Shown in pieces: positions 39,331-54,622 of a stretch of DNA of 64,000 nt. The stretch comes from Eledone cirrhosa (Eukaryota), in the NCBI GenBank assembly GCA_964016885.1, contig OZ024740.1, positions 90,520,001-90,584,000 of the forward strand. Reading direction: 5' to 3'. Positions within the stretch are counted from its first letter, which is position 1. Each line of letters begins with the position of its first letter. The notes under the pieces are model-generated. The model was not told the origin of the DNA, did not search any database, and saw only the letters and a list, made by a program, of their open reading frames with translations. A program made the translations under genes and the position numbers.

Positions 39331-41192
39331 AATAGGTCCGAATCGAATATAGACTATTTTATCTCTTCTACCTCTTTTGGAACAAAGGGGCGTCGTGAGT
39401 CGTTCAGAAAAGGGACATGATGTTACGAGGCTTTTTGCTTGCAAATGAACCGAATATTTATAATATTATTATTAGCTACTTACGAATACATTTAGTTATC
39501 CGACATGATCGAAATTATATTCATATATGTACAACGTGTTAAAAGTTATTTGTAAAAAGTTTGAATTTCCCAATTTGATTTGCAACAGAGATGCGTAGCG
39601 GATGATGTTATTTTCAACTTGGCTTGACGTACATACGTATATATTTCCAGGAAATGATTTTCATAACATAATATCATTTAACTGTTGGATAGAAAATTCA
39701 GGAGAAAATAAAAGACTAATGCAGTCTGAATTATAATTTATGAAACCATTTATTTATGATAAAACTACTTACACGATGATTAGTCCTCTTTATTTTCCAA
39801 GATAGATATAGTTTTGCTCATGTTATATTGTTCTTGGATGCTATAAACAGCACTATTTCCATGGGATATCAATTGAATCCATTTAATTACGTAAACACAA
39901 TTGCACGGTTTGTAGCTATATATAATCACGACGTAAGAAAAAAAGACTGCATGAAATTAAACTACACATTTTACCGTCGGAATGTTTAAAGCAATATATA
40001 TTAATGAATGGATAACATAAAAAACTAACGGCTATCAATGTGTGTGGCGTTAGCACAAACATTGCTGAAATATGCCATAATACAGTGGAGAGGTACAGGT
40101 GTGTTGGTGCACCATTGTGTTTGTGTGAATGTATGTGCCACTCTTCTTGTGTGCCACGTTATTTTCTGTATAACATACAATGACATATAGTAATGCATAA
40201 ATATTCTTTTCATATTAAAACCATAACAAATCCAAGTGAACTACATCACCTCAGAATGTGTAACATATTTTACCGAGATGTTTCAAGCTCAGAACATGTG
40301 TCTATATATATTAATAGTTGCCCTTACAATTTACATTTATGAACTATGCAGTGTGTTTCCATCCAGCGGATGTTTCAGTAGCTGATCGTGGCAAAATATA
40401 TTGAATTACATCGAAGTTTAAATTATGTGATCAAACGGGCAAGGTTTTGTCAAGGACATATATTATTTAATCAAACAGGTCAGCAATGTAAAGGACTTAT
40501 ATTTGTTATTGATTGCAAAGGACTTTTAAAAGTGCAGCTCTTCCAGCATTCCAGCAAGATAACTATATGTACGTCTACCTATTTTAGAGACATTGTTTCT
40601 GGCTACTGGTTCCTCCCCAGGCTTGTAAAACCTCTCCTTTTCACTTTCCCTGAACACATAGCTAGTTCACAAGAAATAATAGAGCTAAACAACCTTCAAC
40701 AGAATAGATAACTATTTCGGTTAGACGTAGTTTGCCTCAAAACCTCTGTACCCTGTTCTTCGACTTAATGACGAACAATATTATCGCCTCTAACAATCGC
40801 AATTGCTTTGGCTCACTTCACCCAACATCCGCGAACTGTGCAACAGCTTTTAAACAGTATTAGGGTTCTGCATACGAAAAAAAAATTCCTGGTCTTCCGA
40901 TGCGATCCACTCTTTCAGGCCTACTGCCCATCACGTAAATTTATCAGCACTCACCACCAACTGATTGGATCAGAAGGTTTATTGGTGAAAGATCCCAATA
41001 CACCGACGAAGAGAATTTTAAGACCCGAAATATTAGCACACAAAAACAGCAACAAAAAAAAAGCAAAGTTTGCTATGCAGATGACTCTGTGGATAGCTGT
41101 GGTTATTACCAGGTACAGTATTCCTTGCTTCATCTCATCATACTTTCCATTTTGCATTGTCTTAGCATTCTTACATGTACCACCTTCCACGT

Positions 41193-41229
<37 letters not shown>

Positions 41230-42439
41230 ATGTGTATCTGTGTATGTGTCTATGTGAGTGTGTGTGCGTGTGTGTGTGTATGTGTGTGTGCGTGTGTGTG
41301 TATGTGTATGTGTGTGTGTGTTTGTGAGTGTGTGTTAGAATGTATTTACTTTTCATAATAGGCATAGGCAATACATTAATTAAATTTACTGCATTCTCAG
41401 ATGATATCTTATTTCCTTATAATGATATGGTTATTGTTCTATTTGTTTTTAAGTTTGTATTTTATATTCAACACATATTGCCTAATTTACGTAAACTATT
41501 TGTTTATTTCCTCAAGTTTAATATTCTTCGATATTTAAACATACTTTTTTTTATATTTATCCTTTATATAATTGCCTAACTACATCCGTTTCTGGAGATA
41601 AATTCAATTAAATAATGACTATATTTGTGTTTTTTTATTTATTTTGTTGTTGTTCATATGGGCTTAATTAATATTGTACCTACACGTTCAACAGAAACGT
41701 TATCTCATATTGAGATTATGGCTAATAAGTTGAGGAGGAATTTTAAAAATTAAGTGGATATATTATGATTTAAATGTTTCTGAATTTCAACCACGTTTAA
41801 ATCATTTGAATGTTTCCTATTCTGGAAGCTTGTTATAAATCCTCGACAGGCAAATACGTATGCTATCAAGGCGTTAAAAAAGGCGAAATGTGATTATTCT
41901 CTCGAGGGAATACATCCTTACTATTCCCTATTAACACACATCACATCTTATAAACATACACAACTTATAAACACATACGCGCACACACACATACACACAC
42001 ACACACACACGCACACACATATATATATATATATATATAAATATATGGCAGTTCGGAGGCGTCCGTGGTGAAAAGTACACTTTTCATCAGATAGCTTGAA
42101 TTACACACTACATCACTTTCCCTGATAATTATATTATTTACCGGGGAGGCGTAAAATGATATCCATTTCTAATTGGAGCAATCACTACTCTCTACATCTA
42201 TGAACATTTGGATTACCCCCCCCCCCCCCCCCCCCCATTGCTACGGCTTCGATGACTTCCTAGCGTTCAAATCTACTAGGTACAAACGAGTCGACCTGAG
42301 ATTTCCTGGAGTTTATTATCACGGGCTGAATAATATCCTCCTCACCAATTTTGCCATATTCAAGATCATAAAATGCTCTAGCGAGTCAAACCTTCGATAG
42401 ATTAGTCATCGCTCCCAGATGTATCTCGTCCTCATCGGA

Positions 42440-43560
42440 ATATGCGCCTGTGATCTTGTTTAAGCGATCAGCATAGCATTCTTTCTGCACCGTGGGAATG
42501 CATATTTGAATTGGATCTAAGGAATGGGAGACAATAACAACATCAATTATTAATCATTGTCCCTGATTGAATGTGTCTGTGCTGGAAGAAGGTGTTCATA
42601 ATAGAGAATTTACTGCTAGAAGAAGAGTCTAAGAAGGCTTCTCTAATCATTCATTTTCATGTCAGTTGATCGGTGCCAACATTTTAATTGTATTCTCCCT
42701 TTAGGATATATGACTCAGGCTTAAATTCATTTGCAGCTGCAGTGCCTTCATGGTGAGATTTCAGTGTTCACACTCCTTGTTTAGTGCGTAAATTTGCACC
42801 ACTCGCAGAAAACTATATCTCACTCTTAGATTCAAGAAACCAATCCTCCCTCCTGATATGATCCAGTCCATTACTCATTCTGACGGCCGGGATTTATGCG
42901 CATTCTCACTCACACTTGTGCAGTCATTTCTCTCGGACACCTGGATATTTGAGTTTCCAACGTCCAGAACCCCAGAACATTGTTGAGGAAAGCCCGATTA
43001 AATCTAGCCGGTATCATCTCGACTCCTCCAACCTGTGTGCGTCCATCTATTGTTGACAATAACTTTAAAGTGCCCAGTTTCCCCGCACGGCTGGCAACAC
43101 GGATTATGCCATCAGTGAACACCCGTAGCACCTAGGACATATTTAGAACATTACTGCAGCCTTTCTGGTTTTATCTGGTGGAACATTTCTAGGCTGATCC
43201 CTCCTGGTCTTTATTACGTTCAGGAGATTATAGCTTCCATCAAATATGATGCATGATAGGACCCACCAGATATCTAATCCCTGCAATTATCTTTATCGAT
43301 GTCCTTATAGCAATGCAATAACGAACCACTAAGAATTGGTTCGTTTAACAGTTGATCACAAAGTATTACTTCACCTTTAAAGAACACTGGAATTCCCCCA
43401 AACTGCTTGATTCTTGCATGAAAACTTTCAGAGCTGTTGTCCCGTATGGTTTTGTGTCCAGCTATATCTTTTTCCAATTTCATGCTGACACACCTTTTTT
43501 TGATTTCATGCGGACATGCTGTCAACGTTTTTGTTTTTCTATTGCTGCCACCATCCCAGG
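42440..43560 (-). mobile_element. Very decayed LINE (probably RTE) fragments
   Basis: GC-richer block with faint endonuclease-like (IQICIPT) and C-terminal (RRDQPR) remnants. Confidence 0.3.
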
Positions 43561-43689
43561 AAGAAAACAAAACTTGGCTCACGTTTTCTCAACTGCTATA
43601 CATTTTCTTCCGGAAATAAATATTTTCAAGTTAAATGAAGCAGCTTTTGCTACGAAAGCGGTTTTTATTTTATTTTATTTATTTTATTT

Positions 43690-43925
43690 TTTGTTGTTAT
43701 TGTGATATTGCTGATACAGTTGTTTTTATTGCCGCTGTTGCTACTGTTGCTTCTGCTTTTGTTACCTTTGTTGTTATCGTTCTTCTTGTTGCAGTAGTTG
43801 TCATTTTTGTCGCTGTTCTTTTTATTGTCTTTGCTGTTATTGTTGTTGTTTTTAATGCCGACATTGCTGATGCTGTTCATTTAGTTGCTGTTGAAGTTGT
43901 TCTCGTTGGCAACATTGGCTTTGAG
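43690..43925. repeat. Degenerate (GTT/GCT)n trinucleotide low-complexity tract
   Basis: 3-bp periodicity giving V/A-rich and N-rich pseudo-ORFs. Confidence 0.8.
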
Positions 43926-44302
43926 GGTGATAAATAAAGAAGTGGCGATGACAGTGTTGGTGGGAGTGACATTGGTCCAATTACTCTTTAGTGCAGTCCA
44001 AATTGTTACCATGGCACCTGCTTTCCCGAGAAAATGTTGCCGCAACAGCTGGATATACTGAAAGAGGAATATTCTTCATTAAATAATTGTCAATTTAAAT
44101 TTTAGATATAGGCCAACATATTATATGGTATCCCTTTTTTGAAGGCTATGACCGATGAAGTATAACATAAAAGAAAATAATGAAATCACCAATTTAAATC
44201 GGTAGAAACAAATAAACTTACGGGAGCGAACTGCAATTCATTTCTACAAACAAACGAATAATCTAACAATATTAATAATAATTATTGTTATTATTATTCA
44301 GC

Positions 44303-44560
44303 TTAGGGCGATGAATTGGCTGTATCAGTAGAGCTTCGAGAAACATGCTTTGCGACATATAGTTGCGGTCCTTTGAGTTCTGAGTTCAAAGCACCCCCCT
44401 CCCCAAGATTAGTTTTGCCTTTCATCCTGACGGGGTTAATAAAATAAAGTATCAGTCATCCTTACGGGGTTAATAAAATAAAGTATCAGTCATCCTTACG
44501 GGGTTAATAAAATAAAATAAAGTATTCAGCTTCCTATCCCCATCAAATCGTTGGCAATTA
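44303..44560 (+). mobile_element. tRNA-derived SINE with internal 34-bp triplication
   Basis: GGCGATGAATTGGC..CTGAGTTCAAA..TTTGCCTTTCATCC; TCATCCTTACGGGGTTAATAAAATAAAGTATCAG x3. Confidence 0.75.
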
Positions 44561-46280
44561 TTATATACAGTTTTATTATCCATAACGGGAATAGCAACTA
44601 TTTCTAAATATAGCAACTATTCTAAATATAACAACTATTTCTAAATATAGTGTATATACAAAATATAATAAGCTAAGACAAACAAAATGTATGTATGTAT
44701 AACGTACGTACGTTCTCTGTTTCAATAAATACCCGATCATCAGTTAAATTTCAAGTGAAAAAGAAAGAATGAAGCAATATTACTTAAAGCCAATACAGCT
44801 ACAGATTTGGATGTAAGCTATGAGTTGCCGAGTACACTGATCGTTAAACATTTTCAAATAAACTGTGCCAGCGAATGTTGATTTCATCAAATATATATGT
44901 TGTGTATAATACGTTTGCAAACATTACTGCATCAGCCTACTAATCTAATTGTTACGGCTATAACATTGCATACAATCGTTTTATTCAAGGTCACACTACA
45001 CCTTATAATTAGACTCAACCAGTTTCCTTTTCATTTGTATCAGGTTTATAATCAATAGTATGAGATCAGAGATCATTTCATTCTCCAGTAGTCTGTGTTA
45101 AATAGTTGGCTATACGTTTATTATTATTATTATTATTTCAGCGTAGCGTCTTTGGCGTATATTTGGTTTCACATCATTTATTATCATCGCACACATTCTT
45201 TTGAGACTATTATTGTTATCAACACACACCTTCATTTGAAAGAGTATTTTGACTCATCTTCCCTTTGATATTTTGTAACAATAGACGAATGGATGGATGG
45301 CTACAGTGTTGATATCATTGTTAAAATTAATGGCACTATTTTGCCTTTCATTACTTGGTTCTTTCAAACTTCAAATTTAATGCTGTCACATCAAAGGAAA
45401 GTTACTGTTTAAAGAACCTAAGCTGTAGCGTTCCATACCTCGTTTCATATTCCCTATTCGTCGTTATTGTTAACAGTTTATGTTTCTAGTTTGTGTATGT
45501 TGTCTACTGTCGTGTATAACATGAATGGAAAAGTTTTCTACACGGCCAGTGATTTGGGATTTATATTACATTTACACAATTATAATTTGAAATTCTTTTT
45601 TAAAACGAAATATTTTCCACCTCATACAATTTCACATTTTTTAAAATATGTATGATAGAAAGAAAAAGGAAAACAATATGTAGGTTTTGCCATGGAACGT
45701 GTATTAAAAGTTATTAAATGGGAAAGATTTACAAGTTGATGAATAACATATGGATAGATAATTAGCACATTTAATGTATCGTATATATCCCATTCTGTCA
45801 TCCAATGGGATTAATTGCCAGATCATATTCCCTGCATATCAGGACTATAAGCGTATCACATTCGCCTAGGGTTATTTCTGAAAATATCCATCGCATATCA
45901 TCTCTGTATACATGGGCCATGCATTTCTCATCATGTGCAAGTAATTCTGTATTTGATCACACAAGTCTGGCAAGTGCCTTTTATCGCAGCTTCTGCTTGA
46001 TAATATGTGGATGACATATTGAAATCGGATACAGGAAATTTATTCCGTAAGTGTTTTGTAGATTCAATAGAATACACCTGGTTAAATTGACTTGGCGGGC
46101 ATGTATATATATTTAAGTACTTATGTAAATACGAAGAGAGATTTCTACATTTGTATGTTTTAGTTTATTACATACATTCTTTTATGCACATTTCAAATAC
46201 TTTAAAGAACTATTATGGAAAGTTAACACGTTATCATAGGGCAGAACATAATAATGTATCAGACAATGTATAATTATGAT

Positions 46281-46880
46281 TTCTGATTTAGCCGGAAGGC
46301 CAGCAATTTTGGGGATGGGCCAAGTGCGTGACTGGTAATTTATATTATCGTCCCCATAAAAATGAAAACCAAAGCTAATCTTAGTGGTATTTGAAATCAG
46401 AGCATAAAGAGATATAACTGTATGCCACGAAGCTTGGTGTCGAAGACTTTACCGATAATTGTTTCTACATTTGGCACAAGGCCAGCAATTACTCCAGTAT
46501 ATTACTAGTACTTTATTGTATCGACCCCGTAAGGATGAAAGGCAAAGTTAACGTCGGCGGGATTTGAACTCAGAATGGCAAGTGCCGTAACACTATGCGT
46601 CAAAGCATGGCGTCCGACCCTCTACCGATGCTGCCAATCCACCATCCTTAAATAATGTATAATAATGGTTTATGTCATAGTCACAAGGCCAACAATTTTA
46701 GGGGAGGGTAATGTCGAGTATGTCGACTTCACTGCGTTAGTGGTGGTTTATTGTATCTAAAAGGGAAGGACGAGAGGTAAAGCTAACCTCAGAGAAATTT
46801 GAACTCAGCGAGTAAAGCGTCTTAACTCCTTGGTGAAATGCATGTGCCTGGTGCTCTACCGATTCTACAAATCATCTGAC
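46281..46880 (-). mobile_element. Cluster of three tRNA-derived SINEs
   Basis: The best copy, 46457-46648, matches 59627-59818. Confidence 0.85.
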
Positions 46881-47814
46881 CTAAATTATTGTATAATAAT
46901 GATAATGTGCATATGATATGCTGACTATGTGTCTTGAGTTGTTTTTTGCCAGACATTTGATCAGCATATGGTATTTTGTGGTAGTTTCATTAAATTTCAT
47001 TCTCTATTGTAGTGGGAGTATTTCAAATGTAGTAGTTCTTAGTCCTAGATATATAAGAAGGCAAGTCATTGTGACCTTATCTTATTTTATAGGTTCATTT
47101 ATCGTCATGCTATATCGAAGTTCAGTATCTCCTTCTTTTCGTATTTACTTTAATGCCAATAATCCATGGAATAACAGTCTGGCTGATACCAGTCCTTACT
47201 TAGCTGGATACAACAGACGCGGAATGGTTTAACTTGATTACAACATTTATTTATGATTGCGGAATAGTAAGCACTGCAATTCAACTAACATAGATTGACA
47301 AATTGTATGGTACCGACTGGACTGGATCCAATCAAATAGCTGGCATATATATATATATATATATACATATATGGATCAACTAAGCACTCTTGCTATATTA
47401 ACACATTTTGATCTGCTTATCTTTAACAACTATGCCTGTAAATAACATTATTTTTTCTTTCTCATTGCCTTATTATGCTCCAAATTACGCCCCTTTTTAT
47501 TTTTTTTTTTTCACTTCATAAACCTTGTTTGTAAATAACATTATTCTTTCTGCACCATTTTTTAAACATGTCCAACACCACCATTCTACACCCATAAAAA
47601 TGCTGAAACCGGTAATAGACAATTATTAAATATATAAATAAATAGATAAATGCCATTGTTAATTAATAAATAAATCAACTAATACCTTAACACTTCACAC
47701 AAAGTAAAATATTTCGTTTTAATAATGGTCTAACCCATAACAAAGAGAGAAAATATAAAAAGGGAAACAAACATATTTTTATTCCTAATAATCGTCTTTT
47801 TTCCCCCTGTTTTC

Positions 47815-48342
47815 ATATATATATATGAATGTATATATAGTGTATTTTGCAATACACTGTATGCTTAATTAAAAGCATTTCGAAGACATTATGATATTGT
47901 TTTATAATAGTGACAGACTCACTTACCTTAATTTACAGCAAACAGGGGAGATAAAGCTGACATGACCTTGTTTCGCATTTATGGATGCTTATCACAGCCA
48001 ACTATTCCTCCTGTTTGCTGAAATCATGGATGTTTGATTCTTATAGAATTCTAGTAAATAATCAGGAACTGATTATACAGAGCGGTTGCCGGACAAGCAG
48101 AAATTGGAAATTAGAATTGCTGCTCTGAAATAGCTGTATATATATATGAATGTATATATAGTTTATTTTGCAATACACTGTATGCTTAATTAAAAGCATT
48201 TCGAAGACGTTATGCTATTGCTTTAGAGTAGTGACAGACTCACTTACTTTAATATTCAGCAAACAGGGGGAGATAAAGTTGACAAAGCCTTGTTTATTGA
48301 TGCTTATCAAAGCCAACTACTCCTCCTGTTTGCTGAAATCAT

Positions 48343-48344
<2 letters not shown>
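47815..48344 (-). mobile_element. Family F ~321-bp tandem repeat (1.6 units) with HHR motifs at 47956-48002 and 48278-48317
   Basis: Minus strand GTTGGCT-GTGATAA-GCAT ccataa ATGC-GAAAC aag GTC-ATGTCAGC. The second copy has a TTGATAA core but a stem II deletion. Long flanking stem CAGCAAACAGG/CCTGTTTGCTG. Confidence 0.72.
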
Positions 48345-48423
<79 letters not shown>

Positions 48424-51400
48424 TATATATATGTCTGTGTGTGTGTGTAGAAAGAGAGAGAGAGAGATTAGGTCATTACTCACAATATGTTTATGCCGAA
48501 ATCACCAATATGACGTCTTACAGAAGCAACGATTGTCTAACTCGACTCTGTTAAGGGTCTTTGAAAGAAAATGATAGCAAAATGTACAAGCTATAAAATC
48601 ATAACCGCCATGGAGTGTAGAGAAAGCGTATCTCAGAATACCGTTGTTTGAGCAAGGTACCTAATAGTGTTGAATATATTTTACAAGAGATCACATACAA
48701 AGAGAAAAGATAGTTATTAATAAAATGACGAATAATTAAATTAGTAGTCTTAAGAATTCGAAAAGTAATTGAAATTTAGAAGCGGAAACAATTGAATAAA
48801 ATAAGTTTAAATACGTAACCTCACGGCAATTGTCGAACGTTTGTATTTTAGACAACACTGCGCGTATAAGTATATTTGACGTTCTATTATATATTTAATC
48901 TAGAAAGGTTGGTACTATAGTAGGACCTAAAGTGCAGATGTAACTCCAGCATTTTGTTCAATGACGATTAACACACTCTTTAAATATAAAGAATAATCTC
49001 GACGAAAAAGCAAAAGCAACAGTGTAGTCTACATTTTTTATATTCATTTTGTGAGAATATAATTGCTTCTTTTCAAATTTCAATGCCTTTACCTTCAAAC
49101 TCATCTACTGAAAGACCATGCAAAAAATTATATCACACCAGAATATTCCTGAGAAGGTTGATGGTCTAAATATTTTGACAAACCAATCTTGACTTCGTAT
49201 TGAAAGTGAACTAACGGAGATATTGGTAGAGCACGGTGATTTTGATAACATGTAATAAAAACGTTCTGCATTATTAATGATGATTCAAACATGTCTTTGG
49301 AATGTCCTACTCGAAATTATTCGTATGCTTATTTCAAAATAACCACACATCAAATTATATATATATGTAATTGTTATGTATAATAAATGCAACAATTTAA
49401 CGATTTAACTAACAGTGGTACGATTTCATTAATGTTAATAAAAATATCGTTATTATCCCCCACTTTATTTGATAGGAGGATTGAAACAGAAAACATTAAA
49501 ATAGCACTCATTGTTTATTAATATGATGCAGGCGCATATCCTGATGGAAAATTTTGCAATTTTTAATTCCACAATTCCACAATTTTTAAATCAAGTGAAA
49601 ATTCCCATTTCCGGTTGTATTACTGCTTGGAATGTAATTTGCTTTGCTATAACATATCCCAGTTTAATAGAGATTGCTTGAGTAAATTAAAGAAATAACG
49701 GGATATAATTTGGCATGGGTTAATCATCTATATAATCTAAATTCATGAAAACGTAGTGTTGTATAATAAATAATTTTATCCATATTAAATAGTGAATTCG
49801 TATTATGGAATTTTATTTTGTTTTTCACGGTGATAGCTTTTCTACTTCTTCGCCCACCTACTCCTGCGAGGATCGTGGGGACAGAATACTGAAACACTAC
49901 TTCCAGTGGGTCCTGTCTCCAATTGAATCAACTGAATTTCCAAGCGAGAGCAGCGGATCTCGAGGCTGTTTTCCAACAACCTTCTTTAGAATCTATCCTT
50001 AGGTGACCCTTCTGTTGGTGTTGCTCGTAATATCATTATCAATGATCATGAATCATGGGTAGTGTCCGAAAGGATATAATCGCGAATATAAGCGGCCGAA
50101 ACAGTATTCCTTCGCAGGGTCTTTTGTGTAACGTTATTCGATAGGAGTAGATCGGAGAACAAAGAGTAGCTTCAGGCAGCGCTGATGATGAAGTTGTGCG
50201 TTCGTACACATCTGGAACTAATTGCTCATAATTTTCTTTCAGTACGCTTGGCATCACGTTCGAATTTGTTCGTACGTTTTAAAGATTATACATGCTTTGG
50301 GAATTTGGCTCCCTCTATGTTCTAAAATCATAAGTCAGAAACTATATCATCATTTAGGTAGAAATTCGATCCAATAAATGTATTTACCCGTCAGATCTTA
50401 CTTGACATCAATACTCTTCTGAGTGTTATTTCTAAGCAGTAGGTACCTATTTTTAGTATAATTTTGAAAGTCAATAATAACGCACTATTGATCAGAATCG
50501 ATAAATGGACGCTTTACGTGAGTGACACGCTTTACGCTGACGATGCAGCGAAATATAGATAGATTAAGGTACATTTGTGAAAGACAACCGTATCAGTTCA
50601 GTATAAGCGGTTGTGTCTATGTGTGCAGTGTGCTTTGGTTTCGATACCTGAACTGTTTTGTTTTTTAAGAAAAATGTTAAACCCACCATAAGGGAAAAAC
50701 AAGGAAAATATAAATTTCTGATAGTGACGAAAATGACACTCCTCAGAAGCAAAACTGGAATCCATTTAATATGAAATAAAAGTTCCGTTAAAATCATTAT
50801 CTGGTGAAGTAATTTTCATCATGGTTGGAATTGATTCAACGTGCGCAAGTAAAGGCTACTGTAAATTGCGCAATTATGTGATGATTGTTAGCTTACGCCA
50901 AATAGTAAGGTATATAGAGAGGAATTATACTAAAAAATAATGCGAAGGTAGCGAAGCACAAAGTGAAGGTGACAGATATCATAAAACTTACACAATGTTC
51001 TGTTTATTTAACGAAAATAGCTTTAGAACTGATCAATGTCATTCAAGGTAAACCAACATTGAACATACTATTGGCAATGAAATCTTCCAGTCTTTGCATG
51101 AAGACCGATATCAACATATAAATAGAGAATGTGGGGAATTTACTCTGAAAGATGCAGAAAATAAAACTGAGAAATACAGGTATCTTGTTTTTCAAGAGAA
51201 ATATGATAACATATATCTCTACAGTCTACTATTGAAATTATTGATGCAATTTCCTTATTTGCCACCTTTTTCAGCAGCTGCAGAAAGCATTTCGTCCCTT
51301 CTTAACAACATAAAAACAAAATATAGCAATGATTTAAAAAAAAACATCCTTTTTAAATGACTTGGTATGATCAAAGTATCTGCTGCAGTATGTTGGCTGC

Positions 51401-51534
51401 ATTAAGTGGCATCCGAGATAGCATCTTTGTCACAAACTGCAAAAATCTGCCGCAGCAAGAAAAAGTGTGTAGGAGAACATTTCTTTTGAATTAATATACA
51501 ATTTTCGTTTTTAAAATCTGTTTGGTTTGGTCAT

Positions 51535-51945
51535 CATGATGGTGATCATCACTATTTACCGTCAATTCTGCCACACTCATATGTGGTAGAGGATTTGTCA
51601 TGTTGTAGGTAGTGTCAGATAAGATGACCGTGTTTTGCTCATACAGAACTGTTTATGGCTTGCCGTCTACAACTGGAAGCCTTCCTAACACCAACCACAT
51701 CGCTGTGTGGACTGGGCACTGTTATCGTGTAACCAAGACGAACGCTTTATAGTGTGGAATGGGCACCTTTTATCGTGGTACCGACATGAACACGTTATTG
51801 TGTGAACTAGGCGCTATTTTTCGTGGTACCAAAACGACTAATTTACATTGTGAACTGGGGGATGTGATATGGGAGGTGTGTGCATGGAGCATTATGATTT
51901 GTGAGGTTGCTCTAGGGTCGGGCGTATGGAAGGGGATAACTGGAT
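51535..51945. repeat. Interspersed repeat (SINE/LINE-tail-like) with internal ~47-bp tandem units
   Basis: CTGGAAGCCTTCCTAACACCAACCAC, followed by 3-4 units of TGTG.A.TGGGCAC.TTT.TCGTGGTACC. Confidence 0.5.
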
Positions 51946-51999
51946 ATGATACACTATTTGTATATGTTAGTAAATTTTAAACACAGTTTTGGTACTGCT

Positions 52000-52105
52000 G
52001 AGAACAATGTTCGGCGGCCCTGGCTCAAAGTAGAGACTCAACATTTTAGATTTAATAGATCACAACTTCAATACTACGGTTATGTAGCTAGAATGCATCG
52101 TATGA
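52000..52105 (+). mobile_element. RTE LINE C-terminal fragment
   Basis: LKVETQHFRFNRSQLQYYGYVARM resembles the RTE consensus L.VE.....ERSQLRW.GHV.RM. Confidence 0.5.
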
Positions 52106-52691
52106 CATATTTTACGGACATCATAGTGTAATAACACTAATTGTATTCAGAATTCGGTAATTCTTTCGACCGAACATTCTTCCATTTTTCTTTAAATAAA
52201 TAACATGATACTAATTCAAATTAAAATGTTTCTCTTTAATTATGTTTTACATATACGCTGTTCTTCATTTTTAAAAGAAAAACACGAGAGACCATCAATT
52301 TGATTCGGGATTAGTTGGATATGTAAGGATGCACATCGATTAAAGTAATTTTAATATGGCGATTAGCCTACCTACTACTATATGCCAAACATTCATGGAC
52401 ATTTCATTGGAATCAATTTAAAATTAAATATTTAAATCAACAAAATCTTTGGGATTGAGCTCCGTGATTAGTTTCTTTTATCCACGCACTAGTGGAATCA
52501 ATGTCTTTGACAAAGTGATCAGTTGGATATAATTGAAGGAAGACACTCACTGAAATTCTGGATAAAGTGTTTTGCACTCATCAGAAATTCCGGATTCAAA
52601 TGCTTGTTTCCATGATTCATTCTATTATTATTCCGTCTATTTGAGCTATAAGGATGATAACTGTGCACAAGCCAATATTATCGGAGATATT

Positions 52692-52800
52692 ATCTCTCAA
52701 TTCGTAGAAGTAGCGGCTCTACATAGTGCGAATTTCTGATCTCTGATCTAGGCACTCTATCACGTAACGCTTCTCCAAAGACATTTCGGAGGAACCACAA
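52692..52800 (-). mobile_element. RTE LINE C-terminal fragment
   Basis: FLRNVFGEALRDRVPRSEIRNSHYVEPLLLRIER. Confidence 0.65.
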
Positions 52801-53768
52801 TCGAAATAAACACAAAAGACGATGATGTTTAATGCGGACATATGTTAGTTTAACGCTGATTATAGGAGTAGTCGTCCATAAATATTTAAGACGCTTGCCT
52901 TTCATCTAAATATATGAGATATTAAAAGAAAAATAGAAAGATAGAGAATCAAAAGATGAGACTTTTCAATTATACGATTCCTCGATTGTGTATAAAATTA
53001 TGTTGAGCATCTTCTTACCTCATGTATGCGAAAGCGTATGCAATTATGTTTCACGTGAGCCTTGTAAGAGTTTCATTTATTTTACAAAAAATTAACATTA
53101 AAATGTACCCTAACGTACAAATTATACTTATTTTGTATTATTTGGCTTGACAAAATGTCTATAGAACAAGATATAAATCGTAAATAATATAAATACCTTA
53201 ATATAAAACATGTTAACAGTGCACGCTGTATATAATAAGCGATAACATATATTTCATTGTTACATAGATCAAAAGATCAGATTTGTTTAAATGAAAACAA
53301 CTGAACCATGAATGAGAAGAAAATGGAAATAATGTAAATGTCGAAAAACAATTTCAAATGTAAAAATGAAAGTTTTTTACTTATTGTTTTAAATTTCTAA
53401 ATTCGGAATTATTGATGCCGTTTTATATAGCATTTCAAAATCTCGATTCGAAATAAAGATAAAATTTACAATGAAATTTAAATCAGATGAGATGATAACA
53501 TTAAATTCTTTTCTAATTTGCTAGGAAAACACTTGCTTATTGTTCTGCTACAATTCGTATTTAGGTGAGAGGTATAGAAAAAGAGAAGCAACAAGAGGAA
53601 ATATATTCAAATACTCAAATATTACACATCAATTCACAGAAAGAAAACTATGCATTGAAACATAAAAACACACCCAATCTCTCACATACGCACTGACAAA
53701 TACACATACACACATACACACACACACGCACCCAAACACACACACGCACACACTCACACACACATACT

Positions 53769-53799
<31 letters not shown>

Positions 53800-53800
53800 G

Positions 53801-53875
<75 letters not shown>

Positions 53876-54591
53876 GTACATTTATATTATAGTTTGGCAT
53901 TCAGATTTAAATTTAATTCATATGGAAATCAATATATTCAAAATATTACTTGGACATTTTCATCTTTAAATCTTATCTCTCTTATGTTGCATTATCTGGA
54001 GTGAGATATTCATGTTAATGATTTATAACTCGGAAGGTCTAGTGAATATATCTTTCTTAAGAAGAAAAAATTTACGTAAAGAAAGAAGAGAATAAATGAA
54101 ATAATCGATATAGCTGATAAGATTATATGACATTAACGTAACAAAACCCTTTTAAAGATTGAAAGATTGATAAATGATAAGCAATCAATGACAGTAAACT
54201 TTGGAGGAGGGAAATGAAGTGGAAAACAATTGCCCAGCTGAAAATTTTGAAAAAAAGATGCAAGTATGACGAGTTTAAATTTTTATACTTTGACACATTT
54301 GATTGCGCTGTTATTTGTTTGAAATACGCTTGGATATAACGGTTAAAAATACTTGTCCATACATCATTTGCACAGTCTCCATCTACACCTTTCTCCTTTT
54401 CTCACTCTACCCCTCTCTAAATCACTTTCTTGCAATACGCACAGACTAACACTTACATAGACATACACACAGGGAGACTGCTTATGCAAGCACATTCGAT
54501 AAAATAGATGACATTCATTTGACTCTGTTCATATGAATCAAGATGCGAATGTAAAGCAGTTTGAAAATGATGCACATTTTAATATATATAT

Positions 54592-54622
<31 letters not shown>

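Noticed and set aside
42047-42095. Minus-strand CTGATGA next to TA; similar isolated cores near 44737, 52578 and 54922
   Set aside because: No correctly placed GAAA, NUH or closing stem I; consistent with chance.
43635-43937. 100-aa hydrophobic ORF resembling a membrane protein
   Set aside because: It is a degenerate GTT/GCT trinucleotide tract.
47595-47625. GAAACCGGTA palindrome followed by an AT-rich tail
   Set aside because: Only the 3' half of an HHR; the core is absent.
51370-51490. Cys/His pattern like a piggyBac C-terminal domain
   Set aside because: It needs several frameshifts, and there is no transposase core or TTAA-bounded TIR.
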